From contig CBDBZY010000064.1 in NCBI GenBank assembly GCA_965213685.1, forward strand, positions 1,184,001 to 1,248,000: a stretch of DNA of 64,000 bases, given 5' to 3'. The position numbers and the translations under genes were made by a program. This stretch comes from a bacterium (GTDB lineage Bacteria; UBA8248). Under the pieces are notes generated by a model. It saw only the letters and a program-made list of their open reading frames with translations. It had not been told where the DNA came from and did no database searches. This document shows positions 12,980 to 25,719 of the stretch, one piece after another. Numbering within the stretch: the stretch's first letter is position 1; each line of letters starts with the position of its first letter.

Positions 12980-14010
12980 TGCTAAGATGGAGCACATAGC
13001 ACAAGAAGCTGGAAGGTCATCCAGACCCTGTCTTGATAAAATATGTCACAAATGGCATTCAGCAGGGCTTCAGCATTGGCTTCAACAGATCGGTTGACCG
13101 CAGCCTGGTCACATCCAACATGAAGTCTGCCCTGGACAATGCAGCTGTTATACAACAGTACTTGGAGGAGGAGAGGCTGCTGGGCCATATTATCAGTCCG
13201 ATGTCTCCAGAGTTGGTACATACCTACTGGGACACAGTTGAGCCCTATTGGGGTAATCCCCAAATCGAGTCAGCCAGGTAAAGGGAGGCTCATTGTGGAT
13301 CTTTCAAGCCCACAAGGTCAAAGCATTAATGATGGAATTGAGCCAGAGCTCTGCTCGTTGGAATACCTTCGACTGGACAAGGTGACTAATCATATTGCAG
13401 GGAATGGCAGAGGGTCCCTGCTAGCAAAGTGGAAATTGCTAGTGCCTACCAAATGGAAAATGTGCAGGACCAACCACATCCTTGGTATTCTTGGGATTTG
13501 AACTGGACACAGACGCCCTAGTAGTCAGGCTACCTCAACCATAACTTCGGCGGACACAGAGGCTGGTGCAGGAGTGGTTGTCCAGAAGAGCATGCAAAGA
13601 GCACAACCTAGAGTGCCTACTTGGCCACCTCCAGCATGCTCCAATGGTCATGTGCCCAGGTCGGACATTCATATGCAGACTAATTACTTTCTTCCAGAAC
13701 AGAGACCACTAGATTAAGCTGAGTTGTGTGATTCGCTCGGACCTCCTGTGGTAGAGCTGCTTCATGGAGGACTGGAACAGCATCTCCCTTATGCCCAGAG
13801 CAAGCCCTCACCAAGTGCTGCTGGTTTCAGACGCATCAGGCTCATGGGGCTGTGGAGCATTCTGGGGAACCCACTGGTTTCAGTGGAAGTGGGAAGACAG
13901 AGCTGCAGACTGGTCGATTGCACCAACTTGCCAACCCTTTTTAGTGTAGCAGTGTGGGGCAGCCAGTGCGCTGGCTCTAGGATGGAGTGCCACTGCAATC
14001 TCCAACTGAT
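12980..14010 (+). mobile_element. Ngaro/DIRS RT-RNase H remnant
   Basis: NGIQQGFSIGF...SNMKSALDN; LSPIGVIPKSSQPGKGRLIVDLSSPQGQSINDGI; LVSDASGSWGCGAFWGTHWFQWKW. Several frameshifts. Confidence 0.9.
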
Positions 14011-14029
14011 GGCAGGAAGATTTGTAGGG

Positions 14030-15680
14030 GTAGTGTGGCCACATCAGCAATGGGAGCATCGTTTGGGAGATCCCTTCCTGTGATACGGTCTCAAGCAGCA
14101 TACGCATGAAACCAATAGTGACCTTCCTTACCATGGACTGGTGGGAAGTGTGCTGGAGTACATGTAGGTCACCATTGTCTCCAATGATCTGGTACGAGGG
14201 ACAGTCACCTTTAAGAGTATTGAATAAAAGAGCAACAGTAAAGACTCTGCATACACACAGAAACACTGATATCCTTTTGGTATGGTTAGCACATCACCCA
14301 ATACCAAGTAATAGTTGGGTATATGTATGTTCATGCAGTGTGGAATGTGCTGATAAGTATCTTTTAGGCAATCAATCCAACCTGAGTTTATCAACTGACA
14401 GCATCCTTCCATTTCAGCACTTTTTTGTCAAAGTCAGTTGCAAATTGGTCCACCTTATTCAGAGTTGCATCTGGTGACACAGCCATCTATAGATTATTTA
14501 GGCGAATGTGGATGAAAGAATACATTTCAGTCATACAGTAGAACAAAACCACAACATTTCACAACATGCCAACTTGCTAGCATTTCCATGGAAGAGGACA
14601 AGCCCAGAGATGTGATGTGCACTCGTGCACATTCCGTTGCCTTAGCAAAACTGCATCCACTCTACAGATACCAGCAAGGGTACTACGTACCCGACTCTGA
14701 TAGATCAACATTGGCAGCAGTGGCCAAGAATTGTAATAACAGTGGAGCAATAAAAGCCAACTCATTAGTGAGCTGGCTAAATGAGAATGAAACTAACCCT
14801 TGAGGCTGGAGTCCACGTAATACAGAAGACACTGTTTCTTTCTGGCAAAGAGCCAAACAGCCAAACACTGTCGGTGGAGATCCTGCAATATGTGTTTCAC
14901 AGCAACATCTTGCATACATCCTGGATACAGGATTGCCTCTATTACTGCCTCCACATCCCCTTTTGCAATGGCTTCTTCAAGTACCTAAGTGTTGGCAAAA
15001 GTGGGCTAGGTTTGACTGCTAGTGAAAAGCACTGAAGTACAGAACCCCTCAGCGCAATATGGCGAAATTCATACACATGCGCCAGCCTAGCTGAATAACA
15101 TGACAGCTGCTTGTGACAGGGGGGCAAGGTCCTCATGACCTCGTGGATGCCAAAGGGATTTTCGAAGGTAAAACATGGGCACAAGCGGAATTGGGAAATA
15201 GTGCACAATGAGGAGCTGGTGTAGTTAACTTCTCCTGCGCAACTTCAACTGGTAATTTGTGATGACACACTGGAGCTGGCGACTTTGAGTGCTCTTTTGT
15301 GTTTCTAGCCTCAGAGAGGGGTCTCTTGGCTAGAGGAGAAATTCCACTTATTCCCAATGGGGAAGATCAAGGTAGTTTCTCCGGTCAGCTGGGAAGCCTA
15401 GGCGGAGTCAGGCTCAACATGGCCTTGGCTGGTGATGGCTGCATGTTGCACGGGAACACTGGAGCAGGAATGAGTTTCTGGATAAGCTGTCTCCAGGACT
15501 TTTCATAGCGCTGCTTCTGTTTTGCAGCTGTCAATATACTCCCTTGACAGGACCAACACACAGAATCTGAACAAAGTCATAAATCGGCTCCAGCAACTGC
15601 TCATAGTTGGTGAAACAAGTCCATCGGCCAGCACCTTCTCTCAATCGATATGTATCCTTGAATAGATTACTAACCTTACA
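14030..15680 (-). pseudogene. Academ-type transposase (DUF6589-like) remnant with introns
   Basis: Successive pieces LCQKETVSSVLRGLQPQGLVSFSFSQLTNELAFIAPLL; AVLLRQRNVH; IRLNNL*MAVSPDATLNKVDQFATDFDKKVLKWK; YQIIGDNGDL...HQSM...HYWFHAYAA*DRIT. These follow the order of Academ transposase motifs. Confidence 0.7.
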
Positions 15681-16620
15681 GACAGCACTAACAGGCACAG
15701 CAGCCATTACTGTTCAATTCACTGTACATTCTGCGGTTTGTTTACACACCGGTACTGTATCTATGTGGATGATAGAGCATGCATGCTCTATTATCAATGC
15801 TTGAACAAACCAGACTAGCTCAGGCCTAGACACTAATGCTTGTAAGGCCACACTTAATAATGACTTCTTCCTAATAGCCACATTGAGTTGTGAATTCACA
15901 ACCACTATGATAGGGACAACATTTCTACAAAGGACTGCCCTTACTGGGGTCATTACTCAAAGATTTCTTAAGCACATAATAATGAAATGAGTATTTACAA
16001 AGACTTGTGTGTTCATTGAGTGTGCACAAGTGTAGGGAGGGTAATGCATATGACTATGTTAATTACACACTTAATGAACTATGCATCAAGCCACCAAACC
16101 TTAACCCTACATCCTTTCTACAGCTGTTTTGTAACATAGCAGTGAATTTTTGAAAGTGGCTTGTATTCAAGTACACTGCAGTAAAAGAGATGGAAATGGA
16201 GTTAGTGCCCCTTGTGTATGTGCATGCATACATACATACATACATACATACATGTACATTCTCACTCATGCTTACCCTCCAATGTTCAACATTTCAATCA
16301 TTATGTTCAATGCCATCATTTTTGCCTTGCTTACACAGTGCCATGCATACGTATGTACTGTCCTGTGTGTCTTGCTGTGCAGATAGATTCAATGTAGGTA
16401 GACAGACAGACTAATAGACAGACACACAGACAGACAGACAGGCAGGCAGACTGACAATACAAATAAAAATACCAATAAAACATACAAAAGATTGAAAGAA
16501 CTAGCCATTAATTATATATGAACACAAAATGAGCGATACAATATGCTACATATTTTTTGACAAAACAGATATGTTGTGTAAGAGGGGATGGTAGGAAGTA
16601 TCGGCAAGGTGTTTGTATTG

Positions 16621-16845
16621 CAGAGACAAATATAACGGTCAGTCAACGGACAAAATCTAGACGTACGTATCATGTGACTGAGCATTTTGTACCGCAGTCT
16701 GACAAATTACTGGTCGAAAGTACACGGCTATCAGCGCTTGGTTATCGCAGCAGATGCTGTTTTCAGCTGTCAGACCATGTCAGACCATTCTTTGGAGTGG
16801 TCTGACACATTACCAGACCATTTCCAAAAATGTTATTTGTCTCTG
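16621..16845. repeat. Small MITE-like element
   Basis: TIR CAGAGACAAATATAAC / GTTATTTGTCTCTG with internal GTCAGAC/GTCTGAC motifs. No clean TSD. Confidence 0.45.
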
Positions 16846-17476
16846 TGTTGCTATTTTGTGTATTTGAAAGAGTTTTTTTATTTGTCCATGTACACTGTGA
16901 GAAGGTAACACTCACTTTCATGGCTTAAGTCTGTTATCAGCTCACAATCTCTGCAATCGTTGGACCATATATATTTCACGAACAGTGTGTCTTGCATACG
17001 AAGTACTTTCATGCCGACCTAGGCCTTTCATTACACAATACAATCATAGAAGAATATACAGTAGAATATTACTACTGCAATAGAAGACTGATGCCACAAT
17101 TTACATACTTGTTATACATGTGCTACACCTAGTGGCTATATAGAGCCCACTCACTTGTTCAGGCTGGAATGTGAAGTACAGCATTTCTCCAGCTTATATA
17201 TATGTACGTACCTCTGATGAAAATTGGTATACAATATCTTGTAACCTTACACATCCATGTCTCACAAGTCCATGTCTTTACCCTGGCACTTGAGAGTACC
17301 TTTTGTCTTTTTTTATATTCACCTTCCAACTTCTCAGCCAAGCAGCCCATTTCTGTAGTGTTTGCAAACTCATGAGTCACTAGAGGGCCATGACTAGACA
17401 AGGAGATCATAGTATATGAATTGTCTATATTTTCTTCCATAAGTGACATGCCTGTGTATATTGACTTCCCAACTAG

Positions 17477-17630
17477 GGATTACATGAAAAATTTACCAAG
17501 CTGGATAATGATACTAACTCAATCAGAGCAGAAGTAAAGCAAGTGGAAATTGGCCTGATAAGAACACAAGGTGACGTTGCAGAAGCTAGAGTGGAAATTG
17601 CTGGAATGAAGCCAGATATCCAACATATCG
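17477..17630 (+). CDS. Host coiled-coil/SAM gene exon C (coiled coil)
   Basis: cccaactag|GGA TTA CAT ... ATC G|gttggt. Reads GLHEKFTKLDNDTNSIRAEVKQVEIGLIRTQGDVAEARVEIAGMKPDIQHI. Phase 0 to 1 bridges exons B and D exactly. Confidence 0.75.
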
Positions 17631-17821
17631 GTTGGTCTACACATTGTTCATGTATGTACGTACATACATACCTGTGTACATACACATGTTAGGTGCACAA
17701 GCTAAGAATGAAAGTGAACCTCACTCTGGAATTGAAGATGTAGCCCCTGACTGAAGCTTTTTTCTAGCCTGTGTACCTAACAAATGTCTATGTGCATAAT
17801 TCTCTGGCAAGTATGTACATA

Positions 17822-18340
17822 CAGTAGGCGTCATTAAAAAGTTTCCGTACTGTTTGTGTTTCGTTTGCATTTCATTTTGCGTGCTATTTGCATAGGGCTT
17901 GCATTGGGCTACCGTACGGTTTGTGTGGGGTTTACATTGGGTTTGCATGGGGCTTCCGTTCCATGTACAATCCATTTACCGTTTGTCTAATTATACGTTA
18001 TCATAATTCCGGTACTCTACAAGTGCGAGTGCAAGTGCAAGGTACGTACTCTCCCAGGTGCAGTCAACGGTTTTCGACTATTGCACTAACGAGCAATGTT
18101 CTTCTGTTACTCCGACAGTCGACAGTCCTTCGAGGTTCAGCAGTTTCATGCGCACGCACGCGTTGCTCCTCTGTTTTTTAAATTTCGGATACCATTTAGG
18201 TACCATTCATTAGCTTGCGTTCTCCGTTCATTCACTGTCCATTCTCCGTCAATAGCGTCTGTTCTTCGTCTGTTTTGCATCAGTTTACCTATCGAAAACG
18301 AAACGCAAACAGTACGGAAACTTTTTAATGATGCCTACTG
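17822..18340. mobile_element. MITE with ~45-bp TIRs (CAGTA termini)
   Basis: CAGTAGGCGTCATTAAAAAGTTTCCGTACTGTTTG / CAAACAGTACGGAAACTTTTTAATGATGCCTACTG. Flanks TA / CA. Confidence 0.85.
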
Positions 18341-19439
18341 CATGTGCATGTATATTTGTGTGTATTTTTCACTCCATGTGTCTGTCTGTCTGTTGGACAT
18401 GTTGAAACATATAGGGAGGTACATACAGTAACCAAGCCCTTTGGTACACTACAGTCTTCCTCGTTTGCTTTGTGTCATTTGTGTGTGGCTGACTGACAGT
18501 CTATCTCGAAGGTTCTAACTTGCCAGCTGACTAACTGTCTTTTACTTCCATGGCATATTGCTGATTTGCCTTATACCTGTGTATGTGAATGTAGCCAGAG
18601 CAGGCAGTTATACTGTCATACCTACGTACCTACGTACATATATGCACATGTATATAGCTATTCGTACTGAGAAAACTGGCTGTATTTCAAGCTAGCTGGC
18701 AGCAACAAGGCCTGGTGGTTGTACATAGACAGCTGATTATCCTTCAATCCCTAGATAGTGTAGTTTGCAAGCTCAATGGCTAAGCATAGATCATATATAG
18801 GTGCTAATGTTGGCAACATTAGGAGCATTTTGTATGAGGGTTTTAATACTATGATATGAGCTACGTGCATTGCAATGGGTGTGGCTTGTGAAACAGTATG
18901 CAGCTCTTGTCACTTCCTAACTGCAAGGAGCTCATGATACTGGACTATTGCTGTTGAGGCATGTGTGAAGAGTGTCCTAGAAGCCTATCCTGAAGAGAAT
19001 AAGAACAAGCTTGTCTCTCACTGTGCAGCTACGTATGTTGTAACACTTCTACATTGCAAAGCCCTCTATTAATCATAGTAGCCTACATATCTCAGCAGGA
19101 AAGAAACTCTGGGTTACGTTCTGTAAGTTGGGGATGGAGAAGTTGTCCACTTTGTGGAAAGCTTCAGGGATATTTGTTGCAGTAGTAGTGTTAAGGAGTG
19201 TTTGCTCATGGCATTGGCCAACAAGGAACAAGAGGACATTTAAAAGCAACTGTGTTCACTGGTTTTGTGTCTCACCTGTGCAGTGATTGTACGCATATCC
19301 TGCCTTGCCTGCATACTGCCATCACCTACGTATACTTCTACAATAGTACACTTAACAAGGATGTCATTGTTGCCAGCTTTCTTCAGACTCTTCACTGACC
19401 ACAGCCACGTTTGCTGTGTGTGTCAGGAATGGAGACTGC

Positions 19440-20250
19440 TTAACCGATTAATAGCGATAGACGCCGAACAGCGCTCCGCACGTTATGACGCTAAATGGCG
19501 ATAGACGCTGATCAGCGTCAATCTTACCCTGCGTCCGGAAGCGCCTTGAGCGCTGCAAGTATACACTCTAGCTCTGTCAAACTTCATTTGCTAACTCAGC
19601 ATGGGGAGGAGTAGTAGTTAAGTAACTAAGCAAATATGGATTACATAAGGCTAATAACTGTAAAACGCGGACGAAGTTCATGTACAGCTGCATAGTGCAG
19701 CTGTCTACAATCAAACAACCGCAGCGTGTGTACGAGGTAAGCAAAGGCTGTTCTAAGTGTAGAAGTCGTAGTAAACAATACAGTAAGCATTCTAACTGTG
19801 CATGGAGGTAGACAATGCATTAAAAATAATATACACAATGCAAGAAGCAACAATCAACACATCCTCAGTATCAATGGCATCAAGAGACAACTTTGATGGG
19901 ATGGAGAAGAGGCCGTGGCTTTCTGTGGATGACGTACTGGACGAGTTGGATGCAGATGATCTAGAACCAGTCATGCAAGGGAGCGATGATGAAGAGTTTG
20001 TGCTGGAGGGGGCCGAGGAGTTTGAGGAGTCTGATCCTGACTCGGACGTTGAAACACAGGACGTCCTTAGTGGAGAGGATCCAACACTGACGCCCAGAGA
20101 TCTACCCTCACCTCCTTCCCACACCAGTTCCACTACTACCCCTTCTCCTCCTCCTTCCGACACCAGTTCAACCCCTTCTCCACCACCTGAGTCACTCATA
20201 TGGACGACTGAATTAGAGCCAGTCGACATAGAGCCATTCACTGAGGCTGT
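19440..20250 (+). mobile_element. piggyBac (PGBD4-like) 5' fragment
   Basis: TTAA|CCGATT... terminus. ORF 19802-20250 reads SVDDVLDELD...EPVMQGSDDEEF...IWTTELEPVDIEPFTEAV, typical of the acidic N-terminus of piggyBac transposases. Truncated by another repeat. Confidence 0.65.
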
Positions 20251-21791
20251 GACCTTACTTGCCTACACACTGCCATTCCTACACTTAGTTTCTGTGGTTT
20301 TTGGCACTGCAATTCCTACATTCTTGTACATTCTTGGGAAACTTTTATTACTCATAATATTACATGCCTTTTTATGCTAGAATTAACTCTGGTCCGACCA
20401 TTTGCACTTTGGAGGAGCCAGACATGACAGGGGTGTCCCAGGCGGCTGCAAGCGGTGCACACATCACATGACATCATGTGACCACCAGCCTATGGCACTG
20501 CTGTCACGTGACCTTCGGTGCGCCCAACGTACACATGATCCCCACATGACCTGTCTCCCACGGCGGGTGGTGTCACGTGTTCCCACATCTCAGCATATCC
20601 AATCATGTGATCCCCACATGCCGGAGTGTCCGGTTACGTGATCCCCACACGCTGGCGTTTTCAGTCACGTGATGGGGCATGAGCCATCCCGTGCTGTCAC
20701 ATGACTCGAGTGCAGCTGAGCGACCTGGTGGGACACCCCATTTGCAGCACGTGTCTGAAGAACGCAGGAGTGACCCCCCCCCCACAAAGGAGGTAGCCAC
20801 AGGCTACCTTTCCCTCAGAGACTTATCAATTAGGTAGTGAAAAGACCTGTGATGCATTGTATAGCCTATTCAACTGCTTTCCCTTTGTTACTTATCTAGC
20901 CCCTGTCTGCAGCAACATCGGTACTAAACACTCAGCCTGCTCAGGTAAATTATATTATATCGTAACCACAATGATGATAACAATACACAGTACATGAATG
21001 AAAATGGAAGCACAGGTGATAGTAACACTACTCTTATTGTAACAGTACGGCTCTGTTGTGAGCGTGGTGAGGGTCCAGGATATTGTGGCAAACTTGTGCA
21101 CATTCACTATCCAGGTATGCTTGGACTACTGCAGGATGATCAAGGCGGAGGGCATATTTTGCGATGCCGAATAGTCATGTCCCAATGCAAACCGATGCAG
21201 AAACCCTCACTGATTCCAGCAAGGATGTACCTGGCATATGCTCTGTCCGGGTGAGCTTCGAGCGCTTTGACACACAGTGTGGGGCAATGGTGTGTGGCCA
21301 CCTTCAGGATGGCGGGGGAGGAGTACATAAGTGGCCAGCAATGGCCAATAGGTCGGCCGTGTACAGGTAGAAATCTGCCCATCCTGCAAGGGGGGAACAC
21401 CGCAAACCATTTGGATCAGTATTATAGTGCAATTACATGAGAGAAACCTGATAATAAGAGCATACAGGGGAACAATAAGGATACACAACAACACAACTAT
21501 CAGGTACATGGGTATATGGGATGAGAGTACAAGTAGCATAGATGACAATAGCATGAGTCTACGACATCTGTGGATGTGGCCCCCATCCAGTGTTAGCTGG
21601 GGCAAGCCTCCTTGCCGGGAGTGTAGAGTAAGGGGTGGTCCCCCATGGCTTTGATGCTAAGCATGGCTGAGTCAGGCCCTGGTTGGCAAGTGGGGCCAGT
21701 CGGCGCCGGCAGTTTTACGCCAGGTGAGGCCCTGCACAATTGGCACAGGAGTGGGTGTAATGACACTTCGCGAACCGGCATCAGCCAGCCA

Positions 21792-22624
21792 TAGCCTCAT
21801 ATCCAGGCCTCTCCCACAAAGCAAGGAGAGGGCCTGGTACACACTGTGTGCGCATGCGTGTAATATCTCCAGTTTTTGGGAGATTCGTAAATTATTAGTG
21901 GATATTTACCACAGATTAAGTATGTATACTAACTGTGTACATTCGTATCATGATGTTGATTGTCCGAGATAACGTTTTCTTCGAGTGATGCACATTTTGC
22001 CGCAGCTGTATGTACGTAGTCTCGCGCACCAGACCCTTGGAAAAACAAGGGTCTGGTCAAACTCGCATAGCGGTTTGGTTCCTACATGTCCAGGAATTTC
22101 TTGGACACATAATTGCCCGCAAAGTAGGTGTAATGTAAACAGTCCATAGGGTTCAGCTGGAGGCTCTAATCATATTCATAACAGACAGTTTACATTACCT
22201 AATCAACTGTTTATATTATCACTCACTGCTGACAGCGCGGAACCAACCCTCTAGCGAGTTTGACCAGACCCTTGTTTTTCGAAGGGTCTGCCATGCGAGA
22301 CTAGTATGTACGCTCTACAGAAGGTTGGGAAGGCGGGAATTGTGCTCAAGCCTAAGCAGCTACAAGCTGCACGCCAAGTGTACAAAGGGAGAGATGTCTT
22401 TCTGTGGCTACTGACTGGCTTTGTAAATCCATCAGCTATTAAGTTTAGCCTCGTACTCAGGCCCTCCCACAAAGCCACTATGTGCGAGGGGCCTGGGTAC
22501 ATCCCATGTGGGCAAGGTACATGTATGTTTTTATGGGGAGAAAAACAGTATACTCTGTGCATGCGCAAACAGTGTGTACCAGGCCCTCTCCCTGCTTTGT
22601 GGGAGGGGCCTGGGTATGAGGCTA
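21792..22624 (+). mobile_element. Non-autonomous AcademH-like element with RecQ-like helicase fragment
   Basis: TIRs TAGCCTCATATCCAGGCC...TGCGCATGCG / ATGCGCA...GGCCTGGGTATGAGGCTA. Internal YALQKVGKAGIVLKPKQLQAARQVYKGRDVFLWLLTGF (SF2/RecQ Q-motif to start of Walker A). Interrupts the Ngaro gag knuckle. Confidence 0.75.
22017..22303. mobile_element. TAG..CTA MITE with 9-bp TSD (AcademH-type), nested in the previous element
   Basis: TIR TAGTCTCGCGCACCAGACCCTT / AAGGGTCTGCCATGCGAGACTA. 9-bp TSD GTATGTACG on both sides. Second copy at 53881-54735. Confidence 0.9.
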
Positions 22625-25194
22625 TGGCCGGCATGAAACTTCAACAAATTTTGGCCATCGGAGTTCATGGCAGTGCTGGGGAGGTAGTTGAGGCCAAACC
22701 CTTCTGCTGGCTTCTGATGGGGAATGGGGTGGGGGATTGAAACCATCCCACCAGGACTGGATTCGGGTGCTGGGGGCAACCCGTACTCCCATGGTCCTCC
22801 GAGAGGCAGTGCTGGCACCGAGGCATTATTCGAGCCCAGCCCGTGAAAGCCTCATTGTAGAGGCGAGAGTTTGGCACTGACCAGTTGAGGGCCTTGCATG
22901 CCAACATTTCTCTACGATACATCCGGTCGTAGGCCACCCAGGTGGATCCTTCGAGCTGTGGGCAGCATTCAGAATTGTGGACTGGTATACCCACAACTCC
23001 GGACCCTTCTCTGGGAAACAAGGTACCAGCACTGCAGCTGTGCGAGCGTAGCACTCAAGCCATGTCTTGATCACTGGGGGCTGGGCTGTGCAATGGGGTG
23101 GAATAGTGGTGTCCAACAGAACAGGGTACTCAGGCCAGACATCAGCCCTGAGCTCCAACATCTCCACAAACTCTAAGGCCAGTATCTTTTTTACCACCGT
23201 GGGTGAGAGAACAGCTACCGGGTTGTATGGCCCAGGGATATTCAGGTAAGCAGCGCCAGCTCCAGCGGGTGATGAGTCAGAGATTTGTACCCCTTGAGGC
23301 ATGGTTTGCAAGAGGGCTGCAGTAGCCAGCACATCGAGGCCAGAGGATGACCCCCCGGTGGGGGTTGGTAGGGGTGCAAGCTCTGACAAGGCTGGGGCTA
23401 CACTCGGCCCTGTGGTGACAGCTGCCCATGCTCTCCCAAGTGGGGGCGGCCCCTTTCATGGCCAGCAGCACGCACGGCATGCCCTGTATTTTGCACATAC
23501 GTACGTATGTATATGAATATTGAATACGCATGCCACTGCACTCAAATCGATAGTGGGGGTGGGCGCCGAATCGCCGCCCCTGCACCCAGTTGGTCACGGA
23601 CGGAGGACAATTATGACCGCAACAAGGTGTGCGTGCCGTTTTGTCTCCCAACTTGCACCTACGCCCAGCTATCTTCCCTTGAAATTACCAACATGAACTC
23701 ACCGGCTACGGCTGTGTCGGCAGCTGAAGTCAATGGTTGATCGCCTCCAGTAGTGCTGGTGCTGCCTGCAATCATGGTGGGAGGCGTCATCGTGTCAGTG
23801 GTGGTGGTGAGAGAGGAAGAGGGGGGTTGAAGCCTAGGCAGAAGCCATGCATCTGTTCTGGAGTGAACAGCATTGTCTCGTCTGACAGTCGTGGAGAGAG
23901 ACGGGGACAGAAGAGGGGGGGGGAGTGCGGCTCAAGAGCACAGCGAGACTGGGAAAGACCACTGAACACCAGACCACGGCTTGCTCCAACACTCACGGGA
24001 TAACTGACACCTGGCCACATGGCCTATCGTTGCGCATGCTCACTGTAATTCGATACTGCTACCCCAGCTCCAGGTATAGCTATCACGCATGCTGGTAGCT
24101 GAATGCCTTGTTTCCAGCCCCTCCATTAAATACGATGTGCGTTGCTAAGCCAGAGAACACGATCTACAAGCTACGCTAACGACTTGTAGCTTGGCTAATG
24201 GCAGTATCATATGAAGAATCAGCCGATTACAAGTAAACATGAGTACTTGTGTTAAAACAGTATACGGACTATGCAAACACGCCTTAGCAACTGCAATAAA
24301 CGCCCGTTTTCCGGAGAACACGTGCATCTAAATTAGCCGACTCTCTGTGCTTCTAAGGACTGTATCTCCAAAACTATACAGGTGATCATTTTCACCAGAC
24401 CTAGACCACACCTCAATGACATCATTCATTGCGCTATCTCTATTTCGGTAGCAGGTACAATGTGCTCGGGTTTTCGCAGATTCGGTCACATATGTATGCA
24501 AGGATCATACATTTCTAATTTTGAACATAATAGTAATGTTGCATGTACATTAACAGGGAAGAATTTTGATGTCCAGGGAGGAATTTGATATACATACATA
24601 CGTACATGTAGGTGGTGAGACTTACATAGAACCTGTTTGTGGTTCATCTTCATCTCAGGTTCTCCTTCACTGAACCTGATTGACAGTACAGAAAGAAGGC
24701 AATTATTGATCATGTCTTACAAAGGCAATTGTAATGTTCAGTATCACTGGTGCATGCTTTCAGTAAACATCCCTAATGATAGATGATGAACTACTGAGAT
24801 GTGTTGTTGACAAATGGTTGACTACTGGACGGATTGGTTTCCTATAGCATAGAATATACATACCATGACCAAGGGGAACAAGAGTCTCACAAAAGAAAAG
24901 CAGCAGAACTTCCACCTCAATCTGAGTAGTGTGGTATGTACAGCGCAATATTAGCAAGTAGAATATCAGTCAATGTTGTCTCTTTCTTGATCTTTTGCGA
25001 CAGTTACCTTGTAATCAATATAGAGGAACTGATTCTTGGACTCTCAGGAACACTCTGGTCACAAGAATGTTGAAAAGTGGCATTATCATTGCATCTTCTG
25101 TTGGTTCACTGATGACCAAAGAATGCTTAGAGAGGATTCTGGCGAAATCACATGACTTTACAGTTGGTTGCTAAAATTGAACATAAAGGAAGTG

Positions 25195-25660
25195 TGAGAA
25201 ACATTTTCCAAAAGTGTGGAGGGATGTGAGGTTGGCAGTGCCAAAAATCCACACAAACTAGATATACGTACATGTATGGATGGCAGTGTTCAGGCAACAC
25301 AGGGGAGGACTACACATGTAGCCCCATCCCTACATCATTTTTTTTCGTTTTTTGGTATCTGCCCAAAGCTGTTTCCAGTAATCTGACAGCAAAGCTTAGG
25401 TACATGTTCCATTCCAAAAAAGATGTACAGATAGGATTACTTGTGTAGTCCTCCCACTGACATATGTCATGTGTTGCGTGCACATTGCCATCCATATATA
25501 TATCTAGTTTTGTGGTTTTTGGCACTGCCATCTCTACATCCCTCTACATTTTGGGATAATGTTTTTCATACTTGGTTTGTGTGCTGAACCACAGTACCCT
25601 ACAGGAGAATGTCATTCTCTAAGTTAAGCACCAACACCTATAGTGTGCATGTACGTATGA
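25195..25660. repeat. Palindromic dispersed repeat (family B)
   Basis: GGCAGTGCCAAAAA...ACTAGAT arm at 25195-25335 is inverted relative to 25430-25580. Related pieces at 20250-20350, 33250-33360, 43590-43765, 47658-48060, 48627-48772 and 61853-61930. Confidence 0.75.
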
Positions 25661-25719
25661 TAGTGTATATACAGCAGTTCAGACAGACCATAACGCAATG
25701 CAATGGAACTATATACCTG

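Larger units (their letters stand above)
21130..24130 (-). mobile_element. Ngaro/DIRS retrotransposon remnant (gag plus RT start)
   Basis: KKILALEFVEMLELRAD...WLECYARTAAVL; WVAYDRMYRRE...WSVPNSRLYNEAFTG...CQHCLSEDHGSTGCP; LEAHPDRAYARYILAGISEGFCIG. Confidence 0.85.

Noticed and set aside
17159-17685. Minus-strand ORFs suggesting a gene
   Set aside because: Largely the antisense shadow of plus-strand exon C. No recognisable motif.
18800-19200. Decayed coding-like stretch (KKLWVTFCKLGMEKLSTLWK)
   Set aside because: Probably a TE accessory ORF relic, but too many stops and frameshifts to assign.
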